DNA of 64,000 nucleotides from an uncultured Alphaproteobacteria bacterium (GTDB lineage Bacteria; Pseudomonadota; Alphaproteobacteria; Rickettsiales; UBA1997): NCBI GenBank assembly GCA_903937405.1, contig CAIZZE010000059.1, positions 14,075 to 78,074 of the forward strand, read 5' to 3'. Shown piece by piece: positions 50,079 to 59,878 of this stretch (position 1 is its first letter; each line of letters starts with the position of its first letter). The notes under the pieces were generated by a model. It saw only the letters and a program-made list of their open reading frames with translations, ran no database searches and was not told where the DNA came from. The position numbers and the translations under genes were made by a program.

Positions 50079-50912
50079 ATGAAAACACAAAATACCAATA
50101 CCCAATTTTCTTTTTTTAAAGGTAAAAAAATCCGCAAAATTCTTCATGAAAATGAATGGAATTTTTCGGTTATTGACGTTGTCGAATCTTTAACTGATAG
50201 CGTAAACCCTCGCGATTATTGGTTCAAGATGAAAACTAGATTTATTGAAGAAGAAAAACTTCAGTTGTCGACAATTTGTCGACAACTGAAGTTAGAATCT
50301 TCCGATGGCAAAAAATATGAAACCGATTGCGCCAACACCGAAGGAATTTTTCGTATCATTCAATCAATTCCATCGCCAAAAGCTGAGCCTTTCAAACGCT
50401 GGCTGGCGAAGGTTGGATATGAACGAGTGCAAGAAATTGAAAATCCCGAACTGGCAACAAAACGCACCAGAATGCTCTATAAATTAAAGGGTTATTCGGA
50501 AGACTGGATTGAAAAAAGAATGCGCGGAATCGCAATTCGCGAAGAGTTAACCGATGAATGGAAAAATCGTGGCGCTGATGAAAATCGTGATTATGAAATT
50601 TTAACCGCTGAAATTTCTAAAGCGACTTTCGGACTTACGCCTTCCGAATATAAAGAACATAAAGGTTTGAAGTACCAGAATCTTCGCGATCATATGGATG
50701 ATTTTGAATTGATTTTCACCATGTTAGGTGAACGCTCTACAACAGAAATTCACCGCAACGAAAATTCTCGTGGCATAAAAAAATTAAAAGAAGACTCCAA
50801 AATCGGCGGCAAAATTGCCGGAAATGCTCGTAAAGAGCTGGAGAAAAAACTAGGCAAATCAATTGTTTCGAAGAAAAATTTTTTAGCAAAAGAATCTAAT
50901 AAAAACATCTAA
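50079..50912 (+). CDS. Bro-N / DinD-like (DNA-damage-inducible protein D family) protein
   Basis: 277 aa. The N-terminal IRKILHENEWNFSVIDVVESLT... and ...QLKLESSDGKKYETDCANTEGIFRIIQSIPSPKAEPFKRWLA fit the Bro-N/DinD family pattern from memory. Confidence 0.6.
   Translation: MKTQNTNTQFSFFKGKKIRKILHENEWNFSVIDVVESLTDSVNPRDYWFKMKTRFIEEEKLQLSTICRQLKLESSDGKKYETDCANTEGIFRIIQSIPSPKAEPFKRWLAKVGYERVQEIENPELATKRTRMLYKLKGYSEDWIEKRMRGIAIREELTDEWKNRGADENRDYEILTAEISKATFGLTPSEYKEHKGLKYQNLRDHMDDFELIFTMLGERSTTEIHRNENSRGIKKLKEDSKIGGKIAGNARKELEKKLGKSIVSKKNFLAKESNKNI
50258..50292. repeat. 35-nt perfect palindrome inside the Bro-N/DinD-like CDS
   Basis: acttcagttgtcgacaa-t-ttgtcgacaactgaagt: 17-bp perfect arms, each containing GTCGAC. 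It encodes KLQLSTICRQLKL. Confidence 0.8.
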
Positions 50913-50913
50913 A

Positions 50914-51465
50914 ATGTTCGTTGAGTTCAAGAAATTTCTTAAGTCTTTTTGCCTAACTTTGATAAGTATTTTTGTTGTCTTAGTAGCACTAAATCTAGAA
51001 GGAATTGACGGAAATTATGATAAATTATTTTCGGCAATAGGTTCATTTGGATCGGTTTTTATTGGCTACGCAGCTTATCGAATTTCAAAAGAACAACAAA
51101 GAAGCACTAATCAGAAAATCTCTGACGAAGAAAAAGAAATTATTAGAAGGCATTACAAAAAAACTGATCTCTTATTTTTAAAAATTAGAAGCACGGGTTT
51201 AAAAAAAGACAAAGCCGAAGCTGATTTTCATGATTTAAAAATGGAGCTTTGTGACTTGGCGGATTCTGCGGCAGTTGAAATGCCCGAAGGTTTTGAAGAA
51301 AAAATGAAAGAATTATTCAATTTCTTAGAGCGGGCAAAAAAATTAGAAATAAAAGCAGATAAAGATTTGATTGGATTCGTAGAAGAATCTTCAGAATTTC
51401 GTCGAAAACTAGAAAGCATCTATACTAAATACCTAAAAATCCCAACTAAAAACCATGAAAATTGA
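50914..51465 (+). CDS. hypothetical protein, two N-terminal TM helices + helical cytoplasmic tail
   Basis: 183 aa. It starts 1 nt after the upstream stop and overlaps the HEPN gene by 11 nt. Confidence 0.4.
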   Translation: MFVEFKKFLKSFCLTLISIFVVLVALNLEGIDGNYDKLFSAIGSFGSVFIGYAAYRISKEQQRSTNQKISDEEKEIIRRHYKKTDLLFLKIRSTGLKKDKAEADFHDLKMELCDLADSAAVEMPEGFEEKMKELFNFLERAKKLEIKADKDLIGFVEESSEFRRKLESIYTKYLKIPTKNHEN

Positions 51466-51847
51466 CCTTTCGCTTTTTGAAAAAGCCATTGCCAGCCTTG
51501 AAGAAGTTTTGCAATTAGAAAAAACTCCAATCATTCGCGATTCAGCAATACAGCGCTTTGAATATAGTTTTGAATTTGCGGTAAAATTTATGCGCCGCTA
51601 CATTCAAGAAAATTATTCAGTTATGAGCGACTATGATTCAAACAATTTTCGCGACGTAATTCGAACCGCGTTACAGCTAAATATCACCAAAAAATCTTTT
51701 GAAACTTGGATAAAATATCGCGACGCCCGCAACAAAACTAGTCACGGTTATAGCGAAAAAGCTGCCGAAGAAGTTTATGAAGTTGCGCAAGAATTTTTGG
51801 GCGAAGCAAAATTGGTTTATCAATTTTTAAAAAATCATTTTAAATGA
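51455..51847 (+). CDS. HEPN-domain nucleotidyltransferase substrate-binding protein (HI0074 family)
   Basis: 130 aa with RDSAIQRFEYSFEFAVKFMRRY and the Rx4H motif in RDARNKTSHGY. Confidence 0.7.
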   Translation: MKIDLSLFEKAIASLEEVLQLEKTPIIRDSAIQRFEYSFEFAVKFMRRYIQENYSVMSDYDSNNFRDVIRTALQLNITKKSFETWIKYRDARNKTSHGYSEKAAEEVYEVAQEFLGEAKLVYQFLKNHFK

Positions 51848-52128
51848 ACTTAGAAAAAAAATTTGCCTCCTTAATAAAAGCCACAATAGACAAGCATCTG
51901 CACGGGGCGGAGGTTTTTCTTTTTGGGTCGCGCGCAAAAAATACCAATCAAGAATTTTCTGATATCGATATTGCAATAAAATCTCCAAACCTTGATTTTG
52001 AAGCTCTTGCGAAAATCAGGTTCGACCTCGAAGAATCTAACTTGCCCTATAAAATTGATTTGGTGAATTATTACGATCTCAACCAAGAAATTTTAGAAAA
52101 ATCAGTTAAGCTAATAAAAAATTTATGA
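51844..52128 (+). CDS. minimal nucleotidyltransferase (MNT, HI0073 family)
   Basis: 94 aa with LFGSRAKNTNQEFSDIDIAI (the GSx..SDxD signature). It has a 4-nt overlap with the HEPN gene, and its stop overlaps the gatB ATG as ATGA. Confidence 0.75.
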   Translation: MNLEKKFASLIKATIDKHLHGAEVFLFGSRAKNTNQEFSDIDIAIKSPNLDFEALAKIRFDLEESNLPYKIDLVNYYDLNQEILEKSVKLIKNL

Positions 52129-53582
52129 CCTACCAAATAAAAGGAAAAAATAACATCTACGAACTTGTTGTTGGTTGCGAAATTCACGCGCAAGTTGCTT
52201 CTCAATCAAAATTATTTTCCCGCGCTGCGACTGAATTTGGTGCGCCGCAAAATTCGCAAGTTTCGCTGGTTGATGCAGCAATGCCTGGAATGCTTCCAAC
52301 CATTAATGAAGAATGTGTTCGCCAAGCTGTAAAAACTGGTCTTGGAATTAATGCTCAAATTAATCTTCGTTCAATTTTTGATCGCAAAAATTATTTCTAT
52401 CCTGACTTGCCGCAAGGTTATCAAATTTCACAATTATTTTTCCCAATTGTTGGCGAAGGCGAAGTTGAAATTACTCTTGAAGATGGCTCAAAAAAAACCA
52501 TTCACGTGGAAAGAATTCACCTTGAACAAGATGCTGGAAAATCGATTCACGACCAACATCCAACCGCAACATTAATTGATTTAAACCGCTCAGGAATTGC
52601 GCTGATGGAAATCGTTTCCAAGCCTGACATGAGAAGTCCGTTTGAAGCATCAGAATATGTAAAAACAATTCGTGGAATTTTGCGCGCTTTAGGCACTTCT
52701 GACGGCGATATGGAAAAAGGGAATTTACGTTGCGACGCTAACGTTTCAGTTAGAAAAATTGGTGAAGAAAAACTAGGAACTCGCTGCGAAATTAAAAACC
52801 TAAATTCCATGCGCAACATCTCACGCGCCATTGAATTTGAAGCGGCGCGCCAAGTTGAAATTTTAGAAAATGGCGGAAAAATTGATCAAGAAACTCGCCT
52901 TTTTGATGCGATAAATGGCGATACCAGAACTATGCGTAGCAAAGAAGATGCAATGGATTACCGCTATTTCCCCGATCCTGATCTGCCGCCACTTGTATTG
53001 ACGCAAGAATATGTTGAAGAAATCAGAAAATCTTTGCCTGAACTTCCAAATGCCAAAAAAGAACGCTACATCAAAGAATTTGGCATTCCGGAATATGATG
53101 CCGGAGTTTTAACCGCAGATACTGAAATTTCTTTTTATTTTGAAAAATTAATTACCAAACATGAGCCAAAAATTTGCGTAACTTGGCTTACAGTTGAGCT
53201 ATTCGGCCGCATGAATAAAGCTGGAATTAATTTTGAGAATTTAAAAATCAGCGCCGAAAATTTAGTTGAGCTTTTGGATTTAATTAAAAGCGGTGAAATT
53301 TCTGGAAAAATCGCTAAAGATGTTTTGGACGAAATGTTTGAATCCGGCGAAAGCGCCGCGAAAGTTGTTGAGCTAAAAGGCTTTAAACAAGTTTCTGATA
53401 CTTCCGCGATTGAAAAAATTATTGATGAAGTAATGGCTAAAAACGAAAATTTCGTGACTGATTATCGCTTAGGAAAAGATAAGTTATTCGGATTTTTTGT
53501 CGGCCAAGTTATGAAAGAATCAAAAGGCCAAGCCAATCCGGTAATGGTGAATGAGTTGCTGAAGAAAAAATTAGCAGCGTAA
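52125..53582 (+). CDS. gatB: Asp/Glu-tRNA amidotransferase subunit B
   Basis: 485 aa: VVGCEIHAQV, the DLNRSGIALMEIVSKPD block and a C-terminal YqeY-like domain. Confidence 0.95.
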   Translation: MTYQIKGKNNIYELVVGCEIHAQVASQSKLFSRAATEFGAPQNSQVSLVDAAMPGMLPTINEECVRQAVKTGLGINAQINLRSIFDRKNYFYPDLPQGYQISQLFFPIVGEGEVEITLEDGSKKTIHVERIHLEQDAGKSIHDQHPTATLIDLNRSGIALMEIVSKPDMRSPFEASEYVKTIRGILRALGTSDGDMEKGNLRCDANVSVRKIGEEKLGTRCEIKNLNSMRNISRAIEFEAARQVEILENGGKIDQETRLFDAINGDTRTMRSKEDAMDYRYFPDPDLPPLVLTQEYVEEIRKSLPELPNAKKERYIKEFGIPEYDAGVLTADTEISFYFEKLITKHEPKICVTWLTVELFGRMNKAGINFENLKISAENLVELLDLIKSGEISGKIAKDVLDEMFESGESAAKVVELKGFKQVSDTSAIEKIIDEVMAKNENFVTDYRLGKDKLFGFFVGQVMKESKGQANPVMVNELLKKKLAA

Positions 53583-53586
53583 TTTA

Positions 53587-53660
53587 TTTAGGATTTAAGG
53601 GATTTTAAAGATTTGCCAAATTATTAAATCTTTAAATCCTAAATTCTCTTAAATCCTAAA
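53587..53660. repeat. imperfect palindrome built from TAAATCC/TAAATCT heptamer-type units, between convergent gatB and virB4
   Basis: tttaggatttaagggattttaaagattt ... aaatctttaaatcctaaattctcttaaatcctaaa. Confidence 0.55.
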
Positions 53661-53662
53661 TT

Positions 53663-56176
53663 TTATTGCCCATCTTCAAACTTCTGCTTCAAATATCTGC
53701 GTCTTTCTGCATCAGCTTCTTTGATTCGCTGTTTTTCTTCAGCGACTCTTTCTTTTTCCAGCTCTCTTAAAATCTCAAAAAGCTGTGGCAACCAAACCGC
53801 TGGAGCAGGATTGGAATTAGATGAATTTGAGTTGGCAGCAATCACCTCTTCCGCCGCAAGCATTGTTATTTCATCAGCTGAACAAATTTTTAGAATCTCA
53901 ACAAATTTTGCTAAATCAATTGAGGCAATTACCGAATCACTGCCGTGCTTAAACAAGAAATGACGCTCAACATCTTCCATCATGCGCACAATTTCGAATT
54001 CTTCATCATTTAAGCCAAATACACTTTTATAACATTGATGAGGATTTTGATTAGGCATAAAAATCTCGGTCGCCAATTGCTTCTGGATTGCCATGGTATA
54101 TCTACTCTCGGCAACTCCTTGAATATTTTCCGAAGTCATAATTACGACACAATTTTTTAGCGACGCTTTATTTAAGAAATCGACAAATTTCGGACCCACA
54201 ACCGGATTATCAAATAAATCCCAAGCCTCATTCAAAACAATGATTGCAGGCGATCCGTCCAGCAAATTTTCAATTCGATAAAGCAAATAATTCACTACCG
54301 GAATTAGGATTTCTTTTTGGTTAAAAATTGTAGTTAAATTAAATGCCAGAATTTGTTCCAACCAATTAATTTCACTTTTAGAACCAAAAACATAGCCAGC
54401 ATTTCCGACGCTCCAGACTTTTATTTTTTCATAAAGTTTGCGAGTTTCTGGCGTATTGAAAGCTTCGGCCGCAAGCGCCATATTATTGGCATTAGAAGTT
54501 AGAATGCGGTCAACAATTTGCGGAATAAATTTGGCTTCCATTTCTAAAATAGGATCGCCGGCAATTGGAATCAGGCTGCTAAAAAACTCGATTAAAAATG
54601 TTTGGTTTTCGCTATTTTTTGGCAATGAAAGTGGATTTAACTGCAAAAATTCTGTCGGCTTGGCATCAGAAGCCATATTGTAGTAGCCGCCGCCTAAAGC
54701 TTTAATAAAAATTTTGGAAGTGCCACTTAAATCAAAATAATAAAGTTTATTGTCAAAACGGCGTGATTGCAAAAGCAGGAAATTTAGCAAAACAGTTTTG
54801 CCCGAACTTTGCGGGCCTAAAATTATAGTATGTCCCAAATTTCCGTCATGGAAATTGAAGAAATAAGGTGTATTTAAAACGGTGCGAAAAACTGTTGCAG
54901 CTGGTCCCCATTTATTGCCGCCGATTAATCCAGCCGGATAATTATGAAGCGCGGCAAAACCGGCAATTTTTCCGGTATTGATTAATTTTTGACGACGTAA
55001 ATAACGGAAATTTCCCGGCAATTGCGACCAGAAACAATGTTCTAAAAATACATCTTCCCGAATCATTACAAAGCCAAGCGAGTTAAACTGTTCCAAAGCT
55101 GATTTAATGTCCTTTTCGAGCTCTTCGCGTTGATGGCTAATGAACATTATTGTAGTTTGTAATTTACCATAATCGGTTGGCAAATCGCGTTTACTTTCAA
55201 CAAAATCAGCTATTCCGCTTAAAGTTCTAAAATCTTCATCGCCACTAACTTGCAGGATGTAATTTTGATATTCGTAAGGATCGAGATCTTTTTTGGAAAA
55301 AGTAAAATCAAAAGATTGAGTAACAATAAATTCAAAAGGCAGCTGTAAAATACGATCGAGCGAAGTTGTAGAAACTTCAAAATATTCTTTCAGCGATAAA
55401 ATTGCGGCGAAATTTTTATTTTTATAACCAACAACTTCCAGCTCGCGATCGCCAAAAGCAACTTTATGGCTCGATAAATCATTGGAAATATCGTTGGCCG
55501 AAAGCGGATAACGCTCTTCGTAAAGATTGATAATTTTTCCAAAAAAACGCATTGGCTCGGAATATAAAATATCATCCCAAGCGTTGATACCAAGAAGTTT
55601 AGCGCCATATTCTTCAGTACCAGAAATAATATCATTAGTGATTTTAGATAATTTTTTATGCGCTTCGCGTAAAAACCTGCTATGCAATGATTTAGTGGAG
55701 GCGTAAGAAAATGAACGAATGAAAGCATTTACATTTACAATTGAAGTATCAAAACCTTCTACAATCACTGTGATATAAAGCTCATTCACATATTGATTGT
55801 CCCATTTATTTGATTCAACCCAGGCATCATTTACTTTTTTGGAAAAGAAATCCTTGAACTCACCTTTCGGTGTAATATTTTTCTTACGACGAATTGTGTT
55901 AAACCAAAATGCAACTTTATTGTCGGAAACATTTTCAGTAATGGCATCGCGCACCGCGTCACGTAGAGAAATTAATTCCGCCGCAACCGAACTATTTCCA
56001 AAACCGGTGATACGGATAATCTGTAGAAGCTCGCCATTCTTGGTTAGAATTGTATTAGGATCAAAGTGGCAAACATAAGGAGTAAAATCCTCATCAGGTT
56101 TTTTTGCCACCAATTTATTGGGATCTGTTTTAGCTTTTTTTACGAGTTTCGATAAGATAAAATCAGGGATATTCAT
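53663..56176 (-). CDS. virB4: type IV secretion system ATPase VirB4 homologue (solitary)
   Basis: 837 aa with Walker A GPQSSGKT (aa 454-461). The Walker-B-like block reads IIVLNEAW (Asn649 where Asp is expected). The N-terminal VirB4/CagE pattern is present. There is no other T4SS gene in the window. Confidence 0.8.
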   Translation of the reverse strand: MNIPDFILSKLVKKAKTDPNKLVAKKPDEDFTPYVCHFDPNTILTKNGELLQIIRITGFGNSSVAAELISLRDAVRDAITENVSDNKVAFWFNTIRRKKNITPKGEFKDFFSKKVNDAWVESNKWDNQYVNELYITVIVEGFDTSIVNVNAFIRSFSYASTKSLHSRFLREAHKKLSKITNDIISGTEEYGAKLLGINAWDDILYSEPMRFFGKIINLYEERYPLSANDISNDLSSHKVAFGDRELEVVGYKNKNFAAILSLKEYFEVSTTSLDRILQLPFEFIVTQSFDFTFSKKDLDPYEYQNYILQVSGDEDFRTLSGIADFVESKRDLPTDYGKLQTTIMFISHQREELEKDIKSALEQFNSLGFVMIREDVFLEHCFWSQLPGNFRYLRRQKLINTGKIAGFAALHNYPAGLIGGNKWGPAATVFRTVLNTPYFFNFHDGNLGHTIILGPQSSGKTVLLNFLLLQSRRFDNKLYYFDLSGTSKIFIKALGGGYYNMASDAKPTEFLQLNPLSLPKNSENQTFLIEFFSSLIPIAGDPILEMEAKFIPQIVDRILTSNANNMALAAEAFNTPETRKLYEKIKVWSVGNAGYVFGSKSEINWLEQILAFNLTTIFNQKEILIPVVNYLLYRIENLLDGSPAIIVLNEAWDLFDNPVVGPKFVDFLNKASLKNCVVIMTSENIQGVAESRYTMAIQKQLATEIFMPNQNPHQCYKSVFGLNDEEFEIVRMMEDVERHFLFKHGSDSVIASIDLAKFVEILKICSADEITMLAAEEVIAANSNSSNSNPAPAVWLPQLFEILRELEKERVAEEKQRIKEADAERRRYLKQKFEDGQ

Positions 56177-57462
56177 CTTTTTGAAATATCAATATAATCG
56201 CGTTTAACTTCGCCAGTGTAGAGTTGGCGGGGTCTGCCAATTTTGAAAGCTGGATCTTCAATCATTTCTTTCCATTGAGAAATCCAACCAGCTGAACGCG
56301 CGATTGCAAAAATTACGGTGAATAAATTACTTGGAATTCCGAGCGCTTTGTAAATAATTCCGGAATAGAAATCGACATTCGGGAAAAGTTTACGTGAAAC
56401 AAAATATTCATCATTTAAGGCGATTTTTTCAAGTTCCATCGCAATGCCTAGAAGCGGATCATTCTTGATTCCAAGCTCAGCTAAAACTTCATCGCAAGAT
56501 TTTTTCAAAACTGCGGCTCGCGGATCATAATTTTTGTAAACGCGGTGACCAAAACCCATTAAACGGAATGAATCATTTTTATCTTTAGCGCGGGCAATAA
56601 ATTCAGGAATGCGATCTTTAGTTCCAATTTCTTGCAACATTTCCAAAACTTCTTCGTTAGCCCCGCCATGCGCCGGACCCCAAAGTGAAGAGATTCCAGC
56701 TCCAATACAAGCAAAAGGATTTGCGCCCGATGAACCAGCTAAACGAACTGTTGAAGTTGAAGCATTTTGTTCGTGATCTGCATGTAGAACCAAAATCATT
56801 TCCATCGCTTTAGCAATTGTTGGACTAACTTTATGCGGATGATTTGGCTTGTCGAAAAGCATATGCAAAAGATTTTCTGCAAATCCATATTCTTTATTTG
56901 GATAAATCAATGGCTCGCCGATTGAATATTTATAAGCCATCGCAGCCAATGTCGGCATTTTAGAAATGATTTTATAAACCACATCCATACGACCTTCTGC
57001 GTCATGAACATGCATTGAATCATGATAAAAAGCAGAAAGCGATGCAACCGCCCCAACCATTATTGCCATTGGATGCGCGCGCCTTGGAAAGCCGCGATAA
57101 AGAATGCCAATTTGTTCGTGAACCAACATATTTCTGATAATGCCGCTTCTAAATTCTTTATATTGCGCAGCATTTGGTAATTCTTTATTTAACAACAAAT
57201 ATGCAACTTCGAGATATTCGCTTTTTTTCGCTAATTCTTCAATTGAATAGCCGGCGTGGCGCAATACACCTTGATCGCCATCGATAAATGTAATTTTAGA
57301 TTCACATGAAGCCGTCGCCAAAAATCCTGGATCATAAGTGAACATGCCGCTTTCTTTGTAAAGCTGCGTAATGTCGATTACATCCTGACCAATCGTGGCT
57401 TTGCGGATTGGTAAATTAATTTCTTTTCCATTTGGCAAAATTAACTTGGCAGATTCGGTCAT
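56173..57462 (-). CDS. gltA: citrate synthase
   Basis: 429 aa with [23 protein letters not shown] and the NVDFYSG catalytic blocks. Confidence 0.95.
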   Translation of the reverse strand: MTESAKLILPNGKEINLPIRKATIGQDVIDITQLYKESGMFTYDPGFLATASCESKITFIDGDQGVLRHAGYSIEELAKKSEYLEVAYLLLNKELPNAAQYKEFRSGIIRNMLVHEQIGILYRGFPRRAHPMAIMVGAVASLSAFYHDSMHVHDAEGRMDVVYKIISKMPTLAAMAYKYSIGEPLIYPNKEYGFAENLLHMLFDKPNHPHKVSPTIAKAMEMILVLHADHEQNASTSTVRLAGSSGANPFACIGAGISSLWGPAHGGANEEVLEMLQEIGTKDRIPEFIARAKDKNDSFRLMGFGHRVYKNYDPRAAVLKKSCDEVLAELGIKNDPLLGIAMELEKIALNDEYFVSRKLFPNVDFYSGIIYKALGIPSNLFTVIFAIARSAGWISQWKEMIEDPAFKIGRPRQLYTGEVKRDYIDISKR

Positions 57463-57533
57463 AAAAGATTTATTTGTTTTAAGAAGTTTTGGTATAGAAT
57501 TTTACAATCAAGGAAGCTTTCTAAAACATAAAT

Positions 57534-57558
57534 ATTAAATCTAAAATCTTAAATTTAG
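57534..57558 (+). repeat. heptamer-type motif attaaat ctaaaat cttaaat just upstream of the mnmA ATG
   Basis: Near-identical to attaaat tctaaat cttaaat upstream of smpB (7411-7431). Confidence 0.5.
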
Positions 57559-57562
57559 CATA

Positions 57563-58678
57563 ATGAATTCTTTAGGTTTTGATAAACCAAATCGAGATAC
57601 AAAAATTGTGGTCGCTATGTCGGGCGGCGTCGATTCTTCAGTTGTTGCCTGTCTTTTAAAAGAACAAGGTTATGACGTGATTGGAATTACTTTGCAGCTT
57701 TACGATATGGGCGACGCGCTAAAAAAGAAAAATGCCTGTTGCGCCGGAACTGATATTTATGATGCCAAAAAAGTAGCCGAAAAATTTGATTTTCCGCATT
57801 ATATTTTGAATTACCAAAACCTATTTAAAGAATCGGTAATTGATGATTTTGCTGATTCATATTTACAAGGCGAAACGCCAATTCCATGTGTAAAATGCAA
57901 TCAATCAGTAAAATTTCGTGACTTACTTAAAGTGGCGCGCGACCTTGGCGCCGATGCTTTAGCAACTGGTCATTATGTTGATCGCGAAATTGAAAAAGAT
58001 GGAAAAACAAAACTTCTAAAAGCTTTCGATGACAGCAAAGATCAAAGTTATTTTTTATTTGCAACAACTCAGGAACAACTCGATTTTTTAAGATTTCCGT
58101 TAGGCAAAAACACCAAAGAAGAAACTCGCAAACAAGCACAAAGACTGGGTTTAGAGATTGCCAACAAACCTGATTCACAAGATATTTGCTTTGTGCCAAA
58201 TGGTGATTATGCCGCAGTAATTCGTCGTCATAGACCAACAGCTTTTAGAGAAGGAAATTTAGTTCACATCGAAACTAAAAAAGTTTTAGGCAAGCATTCT
58301 GGCATTATAAATTTCACTTTAGGTCAACGTCGCGGCATTGGAATTGCTTATCCTGAGCCACTTTATGTTGTGAAAATTGAACCTAAAGAAAACATAGTTT
58401 TTGTTGGTGAAGAAAAATTTTTACAAAATCGAAAATTTAAAATTCGTGATTTAAATTGGCTGGCGAACGACATTGATATTTCACAAAAAATTTCGGTAAA
58501 AGTTCGCCTGCGTTCAAATCACGAAGAAGAAAATGCTACAATAAAAATTGGTGAAAATGGTGAAGTTGAAGTTGAAATGAATTCTCTAACTCGCGCCATA
58601 ACTCCCGGTCAAGCCTGCGTAATTTACCAAGATTCCCGCGTTTTGGGAGGTGGCTGGATTACGCGAGAAATTGAGTGA
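57563..58678 (+). CDS. mnmA: tRNA-specific 2-thiouridylase
   Basis: 371 aa with the PP-loop VAMSGGVDSSV and the catalytic Cys context IPCVKCN. Confidence 0.9.
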   Translation: MNSLGFDKPNRDTKIVVAMSGGVDSSVVACLLKEQGYDVIGITLQLYDMGDALKKKNACCAGTDIYDAKKVAEKFDFPHYILNYQNLFKESVIDDFADSYLQGETPIPCVKCNQSVKFRDLLKVARDLGADALATGHYVDREIEKDGKTKLLKAFDDSKDQSYFLFATTQEQLDFLRFPLGKNTKEETRKQAQRLGLEIANKPDSQDICFVPNGDYAAVIRRHRPTAFREGNLVHIETKKVLGKHSGIINFTLGQRRGIGIAYPEPLYVVKIEPKENIVFVGEEKFLQNRKFKIRDLNWLANDIDISQKISVKVRLRSNHEEENATIKIGENGEVEVEMNSLTRAITPGQACVIYQDSRVLGGGWITREIE

Positions 58679-58777
58679 CTTGCGTAGTTACGAATAAATA
58701 CCAAAACACCTGTAGAATTTTAAAAGATTTTCGACTTAAGTAAACCAACAAACAAATTTTCTAGAATTTACAAAGCC

Positions 58778-59068
58778 ATGAACACTCTCGAGTTTCTTCA
58801 AAAAAACCGCAAAGAAATTTATGAAATAGCCCAAAAACACGGCGTGTCTAACATCCGCGTTTTCGGCTCGGTTGCGCGTGGAGAAGAAACAAAAAACTCA
58901 GATGTTGACTTACTTGTAGCAATTAGCAGCAAAACATCTTTGATGACTTTGGTAAAGCTTGAACAATCTTTAAAAAAAACCACAGGAAGAAAGGTTCAAA
59001 TCATTTCTGACAAAGCAGTAAATAAACATTTGAAGAACCAGATATTTTCAGAACTCATCACTTTATGA
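58778..59068 (+). CDS. minimal nucleotidyltransferase (MNT) antitoxin-type protein
   Basis: 96 aa with VFGSVARGEETKNSDVDLLV. Confidence 0.75.
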   Translation: MNTLEFLQKNRKEIYEIAQKHGVSNIRVFGSVARGEETKNSDVDLLVAISSKTSLMTLVKLEQSLKKTTGRKVQIISDKAVNKHLKNQIFSELITL

Positions 59069-59394
59069 AAAACCAAACCGTTTATTTAAACCACATCCTT
59101 GACGCTATTAAAGAAATAGAAATTTTTTCCGAAGATAAAAATTGGCAAGACGCAAAAACAGAAAGAGCAATTGAGAGATGTATTGAAATCATTGGAGAAG
59201 CAGCCAATAATTTATCTAAAGAATTTCAAAAAAGATTCTCTGAAGTTGAATGGAATTTAGTAATTGGCATGCGACATAAAATAATTCATGATTATTTTGA
59301 TGTTGACCCAAACCTAGTAAAATCAACTGTTGAAGAGGATATTCCTGTTCTAAAAAAACAGATTAGAAAAATTCTGAAAGATCTAGAGGAATAA
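59065..59394 (+). CDS. HEPN-domain protein, DUF86 family
   Basis: 109 aa with Rx4H in GMRHKIIHDYFDVD. It overlaps the MNT gene by 4 nt. Confidence 0.7.
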   Translation: MKNQTVYLNHILDAIKEIEIFSEDKNWQDAKTERAIERCIEIIGEAANNLSKEFQKRFSEVEWNLVIGMRHKIIHDYFDVDPNLVKSTVEEDIPVLKKQIRKILKDLEE

Positions 59395-59407
59395 TAAATT
59401 TCTACAA

Positions 59408-59851
59408 ATGCATAAAATTATCTTCACAACATTATACACATTTCTCGCAGTTTCGAACGCCTTTGCTGCAAATAATTATAAAATTTCCAGTAAAGAAATA
59501 TGCAAAGCTGCAATAGCGACAATCAATTTTAAACATCCTAGAGAAATCTCTATCGAGAAGGTAGACAATAATATTGTTTATCTTTCCTACATAAGATCTA
59601 GCGATGAAACTAAATGGTCCACGATGTGTAAAATAGAAAATAATAGGGTTGTATGGGCATCAATATTTAACTCAAACAGAGCTTACGATATACTGTACAG
59701 GAAAACCAACAATACCAGCACAGGAAGATGGAGAAATAACAAAGAAGATCCCGAAATTACATTTACCGCAATAAACAATTTAGTTGATATTAGGGAGACT
59801 TATGGTGATGGATCATCAACCATTAAGTCTTTTGATATTAACCAACTTTAA
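59408..59851 (+). CDS. hypothetical secreted protein
   Basis: 147 aa with signal peptide MHKIIFTTLYTFLAVSNAFA/AN. No recognisable domain. Confidence 0.4.
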   Translation: MHKIIFTTLYTFLAVSNAFAANNYKISSKEICKAAIATINFKHPREISIEKVDNNIVYLSYIRSSDETKWSTMCKIENNRVVWASIFNSNRAYDILYRKTNNTSTGRWRNNKEDPEITFTAINNLVDIRETYGDGSSTIKSFDINQL

Positions 59852-59878
59852 AAATAATTTAAACAAATCTTGGAATAT

